The notes under the pieces are model-generated. The model was not told where the DNA came from and did no database searches. It worked only from the letters and a program-made list of their open reading frames with translations. A stretch of DNA of 64,000 bases from Iphione sp. A-MEVVRFRX5 (lineage: Eukaryota), in assembly GCA_976226885.1 (NCBI GenBank), contig OZ320320.1, forward strand, positions 31,558,001 through 31,622,000, in the 5' to 3' direction. Positions within the stretch are counted from its first letter, which is position 1; each line of letters begins with the position of its first letter. This document shows, piece by piece, positions 1-13,400 of this stretch. The position numbers and the translations under genes were made by a program.

Positions 1-3000
1 GAATGGATTGAATAGAGCCTCTAATGGTAATGAAGGTAGGTATTGTAGTAGGGACAGTGTGCGGTGTATGTGACTACAGCGATCGGCGGAGACAGTGGTG
101 CAGCAAGCTGAATCATGAGAGTCAGTAGGTAAGATGCATTATCTGTAACTTAATTAACTTTTAGGTACCTATCAGAGTAAAGCTGGTAGGAAAACCTCCA
201 TGTTAGGAGATAATGATTCCTGTGATTGGCATTTACGTTCTCACTACTAAACCCATGCTGAGACAGCAATACACCGATAAATGTAACTAGTTTATGATCG
301 AATAGTGGGAGGCTTTAGCTATTATTCAACCTGAAGCTTTATACTTTAAGCCCTGATTATATACTTCAATTGTTCAAGGTTCTGATGATTCCTGCTTTGA
401 GCGTGAGATACTTCTATAAATATTTTCAGTGCAGTTAAATTCGAGGAGGCTGAGTGAAAAGGATTTAATTCTGGTGTTAATCTTCCGTCATGTTATATAT
501 CTGCTGTAATCTCATCTGAGAAGAAAACGCTTTTATTTCCCTATGCTGGCTTGTTTTCAAAGAAAGAATAATACCCTCCAGTCTCACATATCCTTTTGTA
601 ACGCACGGTACGTCAGTCTAACCAATTTGTTCAAGTGCAAGTTCTCGCTGCTGTCCCTCTTTCAGTGTGGCTTGATCTACTCTGAATTATAGGCACTTGG
701 AGAACGTTAGATTAGCCAACTGAGGTTTGTTCAAGATCTAACACCAGGTTTACATAAATGCCACACAGATTAAGTCTGGTGTATATATTCGAAAGTGTGA
801 CGAATGAATCCCCTAAGTAGAAACATTCGCCTTTGTAGGGTGAATACGATTTGAGAAAAGATTGCGGTTTAGAATGTTGGTGAGTAGAGGTAGGACACAA
901 AAGAATCTGTCAGTTTCACAGCATAATATTACACTGTTTAAGAGGAAACCAAACTTTTATAATCTAATGAAGCTAGATGGTTTAAAACAGAATATAATGT
1001 TTGGAACTATAAGTATAATGGAAATACATGTATGAGTGTCCTAGGTAAAACCCAGTGAAAATGCTACTTAGGTGAGTGAGATGTAAACTACACCGGCTAT
1101 ACTAGTACCGGTGACGTTATATTCGACAGAAATTTGAAGACAATTAAGGAAAACGATGAGACAAAAGACAAAATGTTAAAAGACCCGGACACCAGTGTCA
1201 TGAAGTGGGTTTTACCATATCGGTATCTCAGAGGCAAGTCAGCAAGATCAAACCAGCCTAGGAATAATATATTCAAAATGACAAATGATGGTTTCTTCAA
1301 TAACTGTTATGCTTTTGCCCAGATATTTGGTATATGTGCACAACAAACACTTTCATGAGCCAACATATTTATGGTAATAGGTAAAAACCTTTAAGTAAAA
1401 CCTACGAGATTAATGCCACATAATTATCTATGCACCATTTATCCTAGATTTGCGCATGAGTTTCGGGAAGTGTGATGACTTGGCTCCTAAAGGCTTCGCC
1501 GGATGACAAAACAAGGATAAAATTAATGTAATTATGAGATGGATGCAGGTACCAAATGTCTGGGTATTGAAAGAAAACCACACAATAATTGGTCTAAAAC
1601 TCATTGGGTCCGCTGGGACTAAAGAAAACTTCATTAAGCAATCGAACAGCAAGAGGATCAAACAATGTTAGTTATTATATGTGGATTTACATTGTAATGG
1701 AGGCGAACATATTCATTATGATAACACCCTTTAGGCTTTTTAAGGAACATTACAGATTAATTGTATATGTGAAACTGACTATGGAATATGTGCATTTCTT
1801 CTAATGAATGCATTTCAACCTGATAACGACTATTTCTAAAACGAAGGTAGCATTATTAAGATAACAAGGTTACTGCACTGAGTGATTCTGCTCTATGATG
1901 GTTTGAATGCCGATGGCGTTAGGTAATAATTAATAATAATTGCTTGCGTATAGGGAAGCTATACAGAGTGAAGGTGTCCCTCGGGGTAACAGGTAACACA
2001 CAGAGAAAATCACAGAAAGATAAGTGAAAACTAATAAGAGGAGAACAGCATTTGGCGGGGAGAAAGATACAAGGCACTGTGGGAAGAAAGCATGCAAGAG
2101 TGACATAAGGAGGACATCGCTTTCGTGTGATTTAATGGAGAACAACTTAATGGATAACATGGAAGGATCTGCATGACGGAGGGAGATGTATGACCTCTAG
2201 TCAAGCGAGAACGCCATCTTGCATTATCTTGGCCATTCTTGTTAACCAGGCGCACTCTGCTCTAATGGCCAGGCTTAAAGAATGCACGCACCAGAAAGAA
2301 GGTCATTGACGGGCTACCAGGACATTATAGTTTTTGCCGGTAATCTAATTTAGAATTGCGATCACTTCAGAACAGAATCAGATTGAGAACAGAACCTAGA
2401 GTAGTGTGGTGATTTATACATTTTAATGTCTGAATACAAAGCACCCTGTTTTCCTCACTTTGGATGTAAATATTATTTGTTAGAGGTTTAGCTGTTCATA
2501 TTCCTCCTGAGCATACAATTCTAGGTTTCCTAGGGAATTTATTTACATGTAAGTGTAAAGGAGTTAGCTTCATTATATTCTAAATTCAGTAAAATAATAT
2601 GACAATTCTACAGGGAAATATCAACAATGGTACGGGTGTATTCCATCTATCATGAGTTTGATAGCACATAACACACAATCTAGGAAAACTCACGCAATAG
2701 ATAATATTACACGTAAAAGAAACATACGTAAATATTGAATAAATTGTAGCTCAGATGACAAAATACCATATACCAAGGAGGAGAAAAATCAACAAAAGTT
2801 TCCCATGAGAATTTTACGGGATAGACATATAGACAGACGACTTCAGTTCTTTGGATGCACTTATGGTTCGATCTACTCTCAATTATTACATCAATTAGAA
2901 TTGGCAGAGACATAAACTGCTGCCAAATGCGCTGAACGTCTAAAATGTTAAGGTAGTAGCAGCCTTACTAGGAAGGGAAACGCACTTGTGAATACCCACC

Positions 3001-4813
3001 TTTTTAAGACCATTGGACTGTAGCTGCAAAATATCTAGGGCAAATTCCAGTCGTCGTCCTCGATCAAATGTGATTCTGCCTGTCAAGCCTTCCATGTCGA
3101 CCTTATAATATAGCATTTAAATCAGATACAAGGGCTGGATTGAAGTAAGAGAAGAAAATAGATGGATTATCGGGCCCATTGCGATATGCTGGCGGGATCT
3201 ATCCACCGATGGCCGCTAGCCCTCCGTATCTCGCGCTTCATCTGGAAATGGATCGCTTGCATTCCCTGTTCATCCTCGTCTAGCAGCAGCCACTCAAAAA
3301 AATGGTGCATTTTCGCGATACACAAAACTGGAGAGGGGGGAAAACCTTTTGGAATGATCCTATCATGAAACTATCTTTCCTAAAGTGAATAATGCTTCTT
3401 TATGAGCGGTCGAACTTTGCATGCCACCATTCCTTTGTTCGCATGCATTTAATTTACCTCAATTTCCCCCCTTTCGACTTCATTTGGAACCAGATAGAAT
3501 GTTACTCTATTAGAATATTGGCAAATGTGAAAGTAATATGCATGTCTGGAGACGAGGCTCCTTCCTCCGGATCCATGTGATAACCAAATGGCTAAGGATT
3601 AGATTTCAGATCTGTAAACACTCCGTAGATGCTTTCTACACTACACCCTCCCCTTCTCCTTCTCTTCTATCTGCTTCTTCATCTCTCTCTATAGTTGTTT
3701 CTATCCATGTTTCGCCCCTCTCTTGCCTCATTCTACGTTCCGTATTGCCTTTCCTTTCCTCTATGACTTTGCTGTCCTTAAAATAGCCTGTTCCTTTTCC
3801 CTTTGTTGACGAATCCCTGCCCATTCCTGTCTTGTTCTTCAAAAATCCTTTCTCTTTCCCTCTTTCTATTCCATCTATGTCTTTCCCTCTCATCCCTCTA
3901 TCTGTCTCTCTCCCGTTGGCTTTCCCCTCTCTCTCTGGTGTATATTTATCTTTCATACACGCACGCATGCCTATTTCAGTTTCTTACCGTTTCATCACAC
4001 CCTCTTTCCCTTTTCATCTTGGCATTCCTGCTTCCCTTTCTATTAAGCAAAGGTGGGCATTAACCGTTCACATTTCAGAACCCTGGGATTGTACATACGA
4101 TGCTTGACGATGGCAATAGGTCCCCATAGTAAACACCTTGAATGGAGCAGCAGAGGTCCAGTTTGCTGTACACATCACTCCCATGGCTCTACCAAATGCC
4201 ATGGCATATGGTCCTGGCTGTTGGGCCGAGGAATGAGATTTGAAGGCGGTTTGAATTTAGGACCCTAGAACGGGTCAAAGACATTGGAACTAAGAAAGGA
4301 GGGTTCCCGGTCGTGGAGCACTGGCCACCGTGGTATGCCACTTAGGAGAAAGGTGGCCGGAGCAACAGCTGGGGATCTGTGTGCAAGGAATATTAGGGCC
4401 AGGAGAACAAAAAATCAGGTATAAGTGTGGCTGACTGAATTGCCAGTGAGTATTAATAAGCTAAAAGAGCAATGGTGGCGGGAAGGTTTAATAGGATGAA
4501 ATAGGGGGTGATTACAGGAGGCATGGGGTAATAGGTGATCAATGGAAGCGAGGTGGTAGAGACGTTGATATGGGATTGGTGCTAGATGATGGTCTGACTT
4601 TGGTAGGTATTGGACTATGATCAGGTGAGATCAGGAGATATTGAAACAGTGGGCATAAAACGGTAGTGACATTAAGGAAACGATGAGACCTCAAGGCAGG
4701 CGCTCTCCATTAGGATTGCTGGAAGAGCTCGTAGATCTGAGGTGTTGCATCCCCATGACTGAAGTGTTTTATCCCTTTAGATATCTAGTAATGTTAACAA
4801 GGTTATGAGTGTA

Positions 4814-4846
4814 TCCTCCTCCTCCTCCTCCTCCTCCTCCTCCTCC
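4814..4846 (+). repeat. (TCC)11 microsatellite
   Basis: Perfect trinucleotide run. Confidence 0.95.
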
Positions 4847-7800
4847 CAAACTTTCTTTATTCTTCTCATCTTTCTTCATTTTTCTCCACTCTCTCACCTT
4901 CTCCTGTCCCCTCTTCCTCCTCTCCCTCCTATTCCACTTTCTTCTCTTCCTCGTCCCCCTCTGTATAAGTACCTCCCTGCGTCCTGTTCTGGCACGAAGA
5001 ATCAAGGCCACAGCCTCAACACTAAAACGCAGGAGAAATAAAGGTCACTGATGACCGACCACAGCTCATTTAATGCTGCCCCTTTGGGGTAGTCGGAATC
5101 ATGTACTGAATATACCAGCAGGGGAGCAGCACCGAGCAGTGGGCACCACCTGCTCAATGCGTCACAACAGGGACGGCCATTGTTGACGGCGACAATCATT
5201 TGCAAATCATATAGGTACCAAGTGTTTCTCATGCTCCTTCCTGACTGCCCTCCTCCTAACCTATCCATCCCATCACATCTCTGCTTCTCTCCTTTTCTGC
5301 CTCTTCCACCGTATTCTACGCTGATGATCTTGTCCTTTTTCTTCACGTATAACCTTACCTTCATGATGACTCGCCTCGCTACCGCTACCCTCCTCTCCTC
5401 CCGACTGCCCTCTTCGTGGACTTCTCAGGGGAAATTAAGCAGTAAACCAGCCTGTCCGGCCTGACGACGGGGGCCTCCAGGGGGGGGTGTTGGTGGCAGG
5501 AATCACCGGTAAGTGAGGGTTGTCAGGGGCACCTCATTAAAAAGGACCCATGGGAGGAAGGGTCTAGGAGGATGCAGGTAGATAAGGAGAAAGGTACATG
5601 GACAGGGAGTTCGTATGGGTAGGCAGGTTCACGGATAGACTGTAGCGTGGGTGCAAACGTTGGACAAAATATAGTACACCAAAGGACTCCACGTAGGAAT
5701 GGATTAAGAAGACATACTTGCAGAAAATAAGGGTCATTTCTGAAGGCAGACAGTAAGCAAAATGATCGATCAGTAGGAAGGTAAGTGACCAGGTGTGGAG
5801 GCAGAAATAGGACTAGTTAAAGTATTCTTGGTGACATCTTATTAGAAAAGACCCTACAGAGGAAGGGTTAAGGACAATACAGATTCGAAGGTGTTTGGTT
5901 GCTATGTTGACGGATTATGAAGTACAGAACTTACCAGACATCTATTGGGTGGTGGGATGCCAGTTGTATTTCATATTGATATTTAATTATTAAGCCGGAG
6001 CTACGATTGACGGAATTTGTAGTAATTTATGTAGCTGGGATTCAGAATTGCATCGTTTTATTACTGAAGTACAATGGTACGGATATTCATTGAAACGGCT
6101 GTCTTTGAGTGCTTTGAGTGCAACAATAGTTGCATCAGCTAATATAGTAGTACAGAACAGTTTGAGGGAGTCTGGAAGAAGAGCAAAGGTAAGAACTGAA
6201 GAAGTACACAGTGATGGGGCGAGGAAACTGCAACATAAGAATCACCAGGATGGCTATGAACTGAAGGACTAAGTGGAAAGATAGAGAATCTTTGCATTGG
6301 CGGAAAATCTATGAGGAGTGTGGATGCTGTTAGTCGAGCGAGTAAAAGAAGAAAATATCATGCAAGGGAGGCCCGAGAGAGCTGAGAGAATCAATGCAAA
6401 TCAAGGAGAGAGAATTGGACTAGAGACAACGTGGACAACGGAGGAAATACACAGACGCGACGGTAAGAGACACTTGGGTGAATGTAAGTAGAGTTCGGAG
6501 AAGGCACAAGTGCCTTGCTACAGCTTTAAGAGAGGCAGCTATTGACAGAGAGGCGGGCGAAGGAGGGGGAAACGGAGTAGTTGTGGTGGTAGAAGGGAGG
6601 TGAGACTGTAGAGAACTGCGGGGCTGTGGTGCTGTGGATGGACGGGGGGGGGGACTCGAGGGGTCGAGACTAGCCCTAAAACAGACGCCGGAGCTTGGCA
6701 GTAAACCATCAATTATTGACAAAGTTCACCTACCACTCTCCCCCTTGCCATCGCTTCCACCCTACCACCCATTCTCCGCCAGGCATCCCTCTGTATTTCA
6801 CTCCCAGTCCTGCCACTCGCATTAGCACCAGGCTAAGCCACCAGAAATCCCATACACAAAGCAGAACAAACACTTAGCTTATAGAGGAGTGAAGACTTTC
6901 CCTCTTCACTAGCAGATAAAGCCTAGCGTATGAGTAGGATCTACATAACTACAAAACCTTTAGCCCTATGAATTTCCACACATACATCCTGCGGCCAGCT
7001 GCAGTTGGTTCCGTTCAAATAATGACGGGCGTAGGCTTGTGCAAGGGAAATTGTTTGATGTAAGATCAACTTGGCTTCAGGTTTGGGTGCACTTATAAAG
7101 AAGGAACGGGAGAACGTAAGCTAGCAGACTGTAATATGTACTTTAGCTTGGTAATATATTTATGATGTCTTTGCCATACACTCCCTTCTTCCCTCGGACG
7201 ACAAACAGTCACACACGTCTCGTTCCTTACACGTGCTTTGACATACCCTTTCAAATACACACCTGTTAGATGAAGGTAAATGTAGCCTGCGTTAGAAAAT
7301 ATTAAACAGACAATCAATTATAATTATTCGAAAAATATATACGTGATACAACAAGTCACACTAAAAATTATACCTACTAAGATTGGAATAGAATTTAATG
7401 TAATGAATAATTACTGAACTATATGAACTATAAGGACATAGATATCATGATTCTATATAATGGCCCCGTCAACTTACGTTTAGAAAAGCCACATACTTGC
7501 AACATATTAACAATGCAACTGCATATGACTTTAGGAGATTGAAATTACATGATTTTTCTGCCTACATTAGGAACGTCATGGATAAGAAAGGAATGAAAAT
7601 TAAAGTTCCCCGAAGGTTTTAACAAGTTTCCAATGCCATGGCGTCTGATTCTTGGAGATCTACCATTGCATTCTATATGATTTACATAGGTATACTATTT
7701 GTGTAAAGGTTTTTTTAGATTTATAATTGTGGATGTAGTTATATATGCAGTTCTGTCCAGAAATATATTGGAATCATGCACAGATAAAACAAGCAAATCT

Positions 7801-10317
7801 GGAAGCAAGATTAATGAGAATCAGGACGTCATTCTCAAGTTCAAAGGTTAAAGAATTTGCATGCTTTCAGCATTAAGATCCCTTAGAAAAAGTATTCATA
7901 TTTGGTAAAAATTACCTTTGATATTACGTAATTTGTAATGGCGGAAAGGACAATTACGATTTGATCTAAGTGTGAGAAAGGCATTAGTTGTAATCTATGT
8001 GGGATTAAAGCCAAGACTTGCATAGACTGAAAGCAAAATTGTTTCTTATCATAATTTGTCATGATTACTTTCAAGATGATGGATTATTTAACAAAAATAT
8101 CCTGCATCCATGGCACATTTACTTTAAATGTTTGTACATATACTCACCTTCCTAAACACTGACGTTAATCTGCTGTAAGGGATGGGAGACGGTTGAGGGG
8201 ATGGGCGGGAGGATGAAGGGAGGGCAAAAAGTTGGCCCTGGTGGCCAAAAATGCAGACCATTGTTTGGATGGGCTCTCGGGCCTTAACGGGGTTGGCAAT
8301 GTAGTTGGAGTGGTAGAAAGCGTTAGGGACTGGGGAAGCCATGTCATACAGCCACTTAAATTTCGTTAATAGATCGGTGCTCTTCAAAGAGCCAAGCTTC
8401 TGCTGCTGCTGTTGTGGTCGGCCTCGGTAGGCACTCCGTAACTCGCTTTCGTTTTAGGGGGCAACTTTGAAAATTCACACATATCCGCCCATAACGGTTG
8501 GTGGCCTACGTTTTCAGTACTGTGCTCAACATGTCTCCGGTAGTACACTGGCGGTGCAGTTAAGAGGAGTGATATTTATACACATCTGGTAAATGAGAGT
8601 GAGCAAGAAAGGGGTAGAGAAAGCATCTCCGAAGAAATAGTGGAATTTACAAGTCGTTAAGGTAGTAGTGATCTTCAGAGAAATCAAATTCAAAAACTGC
8701 ATGGTGGATAACTCACAATAATAAGATTTTGAAAAAAGAAATTCATCGAATACTTTCATGTAAGGTGCTAAAGATGTAAGTAATTTGCAGCTTTTCTTAG
8801 GCTGGTATGTACAAACGATATAGAGTTGTTGTTTCAAGATTTACCTAGGTAGGAAGACAGTTCGGTATCTTATAAATATGTATACATGAACCGCACAGGA
8901 CAAGGGTGCCTATTGATATGCACGGGAGGAAAGCCTTAAATGTTGTAGAAGTGTGCAGTGAAGTGGTGGTGGTGGTGGAGTTGGTGACGAAGAGGCTGAA
9001 CAGTCAGTGATAGGGGGACAGAACTAATTGCCAACAGGGTGCAGGACCTCTCCGGACTTCTTAATATAATGAATATTAATATATCGAAAAAATATAACCA
9101 TAACCATGTACAGGCTTTCAAGTGGAAACCTAGACTAGCGACCGCTATGGGCAGGATACAGCACAGGAACACTCTGAGTAAACATTGAGATCAATGAGGA
9201 TGCGTGGATGCGTGTAAGTAGGTAGTTGAATAATACGACCAGGTACGTCATCACCACCATCGACATCATCATTAATCAATCATCATAGATCTGTTTGCTA
9301 GAGGCATGAGCATACCACGATCTGGGTCGTAATACCAGTGAGAACGTGTTACCGAACTAGCATCTACGAGTACATAAATATAATGTAATAGTAGGTATAT
9401 ATATATAGATATATATAGATATATTGAGTCTAGAGGACTAAGCGGTGTTGGAAGTGTCTGTTAGTCACACCGAGCCACACGGACGGGGCACGTGCACACT
9501 CTGCTACACGCACATGCCGAGAGAACCAGCTCTTCCACACCTCCAATGACTCCCAATTTGCTCGCTCGTTAGGCCGGCCCGGTGCACTGAGCACCTCTTT
9601 GAGAGGCCTCTTTAAGGCCTCTTGACCACTATAGTAGAACAACCACTGTCACAATGGTTCTAATCATCGGATTTTGTTTTCAATTTGTTTTTTCTTAGGT
9701 TGAAAATGCCAGGAAATGACGCAGAACTGTTGCGGATCTTAAGAATTCTGCTTGCGTGAATCTCTGGCCAATTCCCCGACGTAATGTCGTGTCCTAGGCA
9801 TCGACCCCCAATTTTTTTTACGACATTGATACCTCAATACGTTCTACCTCAGTATGAATCACCAGGTCAGCAACTGAAACCATTAATGAGTGGTACCTTG
9901 CAGCGGTGTTAGTGATTGCACGGTTATGATGAATGCTCCAGGAAATATTTCCTTTAGTATTAGGCTTCAGTCTATGCAGTTTTCCTGTCCGCCTCATCTT
10001 ATAATCCCAAGGCAAAGAGAGACAAAATGCATGTCTTCCCAAGGAGAGCAACGTGTGTGTACTGCTATTGATGACAAAGATTGGAATTGTTTTTGAGACA
10101 GCAAGCTGCACTTCTCTGTCTTCCCATGCCCACCCAATGCATTGTTCTTTATGTTTTCCCCCGTGCAGCTCCCTGCCGCTGTGAAAGGCCCAAACAAACT
10201 AAGATAGAGTATACAGACATATGTATAGAAACTCGAGCAGCTCAGAGCAAATTGGGCGCATTGGAAGGTGTTTCTTTGTGGGCGGCAATCACCCTTTGGA
10301 GTTGTGAATCTACTAAC

Positions 10318-10470
10318 CAAATTTAAGTAGTTATATAGACTGCTCCCGAAGGCCCAGGCCTGATCTCCCTCGCACGTCAGATTAACCAATCGGAGCCGCG
10401 TACTCTTGTCCACTTGTTGCAGCGCATGCGCCAAGACGTGTACTGCATCGTACATCAGGGCAGCTTCCGC
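10318..10470 (-). CDS. iGluR ATD exon F (153 nt, phase 0 to phase 0)
   Basis: Acceptor ccacctacag|GCG, donor TTG|gttagt. Encodes AEAALMYDAVHVLAHALQQVDKSTRLRLVNLTCEGDQAWAFGSSLYNYLNL. Confidence 0.92.
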
Positions 10471-13400
10471 CTGTAGGTGGAGACATAGGTACACTTACCT
10501 AGTCAATGGGAGGTAACCATACTTTGTACATAACACACATGCAAGGGTGGAAAAGAGAAGATGGAACAATTGCTTTCCAGAAACAAAAGGCGTTCTTGAA
10601 TGATTGTTTGATAAAATCAGTAAAAACTATGAACCCAACGCTTCGTTTTGAATGTAGAGCTAATCATACATGTGCATCCCAGCATTTCGTTTTCACGGCG
10701 GTTTAGTATTTTAGAACATGTTCAAGCAAAGGATGCGGTCTGTCTAAATTTTACACCAACTTCATACAAAATATATATAAGTAAATATTTGAAAGAGTTA
10801 TATATAAACGTTTGCTTCGGATGTACCTCTCTGCTCGCATCTGCACTATTAGAAAGCTAATTTACTCAAATACATCATTTACGGGATATTAGCAAGTCCT
10901 TCGTAGAATCTGCATTTCCTTGAGGGTTTACTGAAATGGACCATCAACGAGGGCCATGAACCCCTCGAAATTACTTTCCTTCGTTTATTCTTTTTATTCG
11001 TATTTTTTCCTCGAATTCCTAATTTTTCCTCGTGTGTATGTTCGTCTGTGATACTTGTGCACGGGCATGGTGTTACTATTGACAATGAAGGGTCAAAGTT
11101 CAGGGTGAGCTATGGGGGTGGGGTGTTGTTAGTTTCTTCTGTCTACAGCGCCAGCAGTTGGCATGCACGAGATATTTAACGGCACAAGTTGTCTGGTAAG
11201 CTACGTTAATTCAGGCCTCGCCCTGTCGGCCTTTCCAGGAGAGTTCTGTCTTGAAACACGCAGTGATCGCTGACTAATTGTTCACAAGCGTGAGGTATTG
11301 GTCGGGAACTGTGAGCGCGTGCTGGCCCGCATGGCGGCGCTCCCTACGACGCGCCGACTGTGTCGCCGAGGGGAGACAGACAGGGAAGTAGACAGAGAAA
11401 TATAAAGCCAAATGAGAGAGACGGAGAAAGACAGGTAGATACAAGGAGAGCCTATAGGGACGATGTTGGAAGAAAAATATGGGGAAAACGCAGACAAAAA
11501 GAAGTATGGAAGGAGAGAGAGAGAGAGAAAAACAACAGTGAGATGTACAGCGATAAGGCAAAAAGAAAAAAAATAGGTGTGTTTCTTGTAACGAAGCGCC
11601 AACATTCTAGGTAGGGAGGGGGTATCTTTTTCCTTTAGATTTGTTCCCACTTTCCTCCTCTGGTTTTCGATAATAATAAAGACAATATGAGGAATTTTGA
11701 CCAATCAGAATGAGTTGTACAGGTTTTTGTGAATTTCCATGGATTTTGTTGATTTTCTACTGAATTTCCCAAAAACATGTCTTGGGAAAACATATATCTA
11801 AGGAAATTCAGCCTTGGAAACTCTTTGGGGCCAAAAAAACTTTAGGTAGGGTGAGGTTTTACTTCTTTTTTTGCCAAACAGACTGGGAATGAGAAAGTGA
11901 GTAAGAGTCAGAGTGCATAAGACAGAGGAGACAGGAAATATATGCATATATATAGATATATATACAGAGAGAGAATAAGGAACGTAAGGTAAGTAGTATA
12001 CTCTATAGTAGGGAAAGACATGAAAAATAAGAAAAGGATTAGGGAGAAATATACGAATGCTGGAAAGTAAAGCTAAAAAAGAATATGCTTACATGGAACG
12101 ACAGTTTGTAAAAAAAATGGCACCAAAGAAGATGTGCTTCTTGTAATGAGTGAGACAGAGGCAAAGAGAAAAACAAAAGTGATGGGAAATAGTGTTTCAG
12201 TTAGAAGAGCTAATATAAAACGGAGCAAAAATTAAACCAATACTTCGACACCCGATGTTGATTTCTCCTTCACATTTAGTACCTATTTCTACGATCCTGA
12301 AGAACCTAAGTATTTATTTCTCTATATTTCAGGAGGTCAGGATCATTACTGCTTTTCATAAAACTTGCTCTTTACCCAAAGAGTACCTATTTCAAGTTTT
12401 TTTTCCACTGACGTGCAGGTCTTGCTTCTTTCAGTAGGTCCCCATACTTGTATATGTCGGCTAATTGTTTTCTCGAGTCAGTCCTTCCAAGACGTTTAGA
12501 ATGTCACCTTATATTCCCCGCCGGACAGGTATAGCTATAGACATAAATACACGTACCATTCCCCATCTCAATATTCTACGACTGGCCTGTAAATGCCACA
12601 TCCAGTTTCCTTTCTTACAATAAGCAGAAGCCGCTTTTTTGGCATCCACCTAATCCAAAAGTTATGACAAGACTGAAGACCATGTACCTATCACGTATCA
12701 TCATAACCTTGATAGATGGATAATTGGCGTAGATCTCCAATGATCCCTTCGTCCCACTCCCCAGACCCCATCTTTTCCTATAGTTTCCTTCTGCGTCTAA
12801 TACGTAAAATACACTGTAAAGAATCGCGATAGTGCACCACATCAAAAGTCTACAGTGTACCTTCTCCTATTCCTGATGTTAATGTCGATTTTATGCCCAT
12901 CTAGAAGATGTCTTTCGTTTCTAAATTTGGAACAGTTTTCTAAGTCGGCTTGATTCAGACCCTCTTTTCTCCAGCGAGGGAACATTTGACTTAAGCCGGA
13001 GTTCCAAACCAAAGTACACGACTGCGACCTTAATGGTAGCAGAGCCATTGATGAATCAAGCCGGTGCATGAAGGGAAATTGGATTTAGTGTTTTTTTTTC
13101 GTTCGTGGACAGTTAATTAGGGTTATTCAGTGTCCAAACTTTGGTAGATAATAGATTCTACCGTTAGTCCAAACATCACTATGAAGCCCGATCCATTTAA
13201 CCCTTACGTGCTGGGATGAGAGGGCCAGCAGTACCAAGGACAAATTTTAATCAATACTTGTACACTTACATATGACAGACATTGGTGGACTTTTTTTCCT
13301 TTGGTATTTACTGAATTGACTAATTTCCAGATAGGAGGATAGATTTCCTATAATTATAGATAAAATTGTATATACAATTGGTGCCTCTGACCTATGCATA

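Noticed and set aside
1410-1845. Plus-strand frame with a faint GNAT-like pattern (NVWVLKENHTIIG...LYVDLHCNGG)
   Set aside because: Several stops and only a loose motif resemblance; not distinguishable from chance without a profile search.
5047-5105. CTGATGA followed by a CCGAC/GTCGG stem, resembling a hammerhead ribozyme core
   Set aside because: The required GAAA after stem II is absent (GAAT) and I found no stems I or III with a cleavage triplet.
8150-8450. Open minus-strand frame ending in AAG|gtgagt, considered as the next receptor exon
   Set aside because: The peptide (KSTDLLTKFKWLYDMASPVPNAF...) lacks the expected GLTG.I.F motif, there is no good acceptor, and two frames are open because of biased composition.
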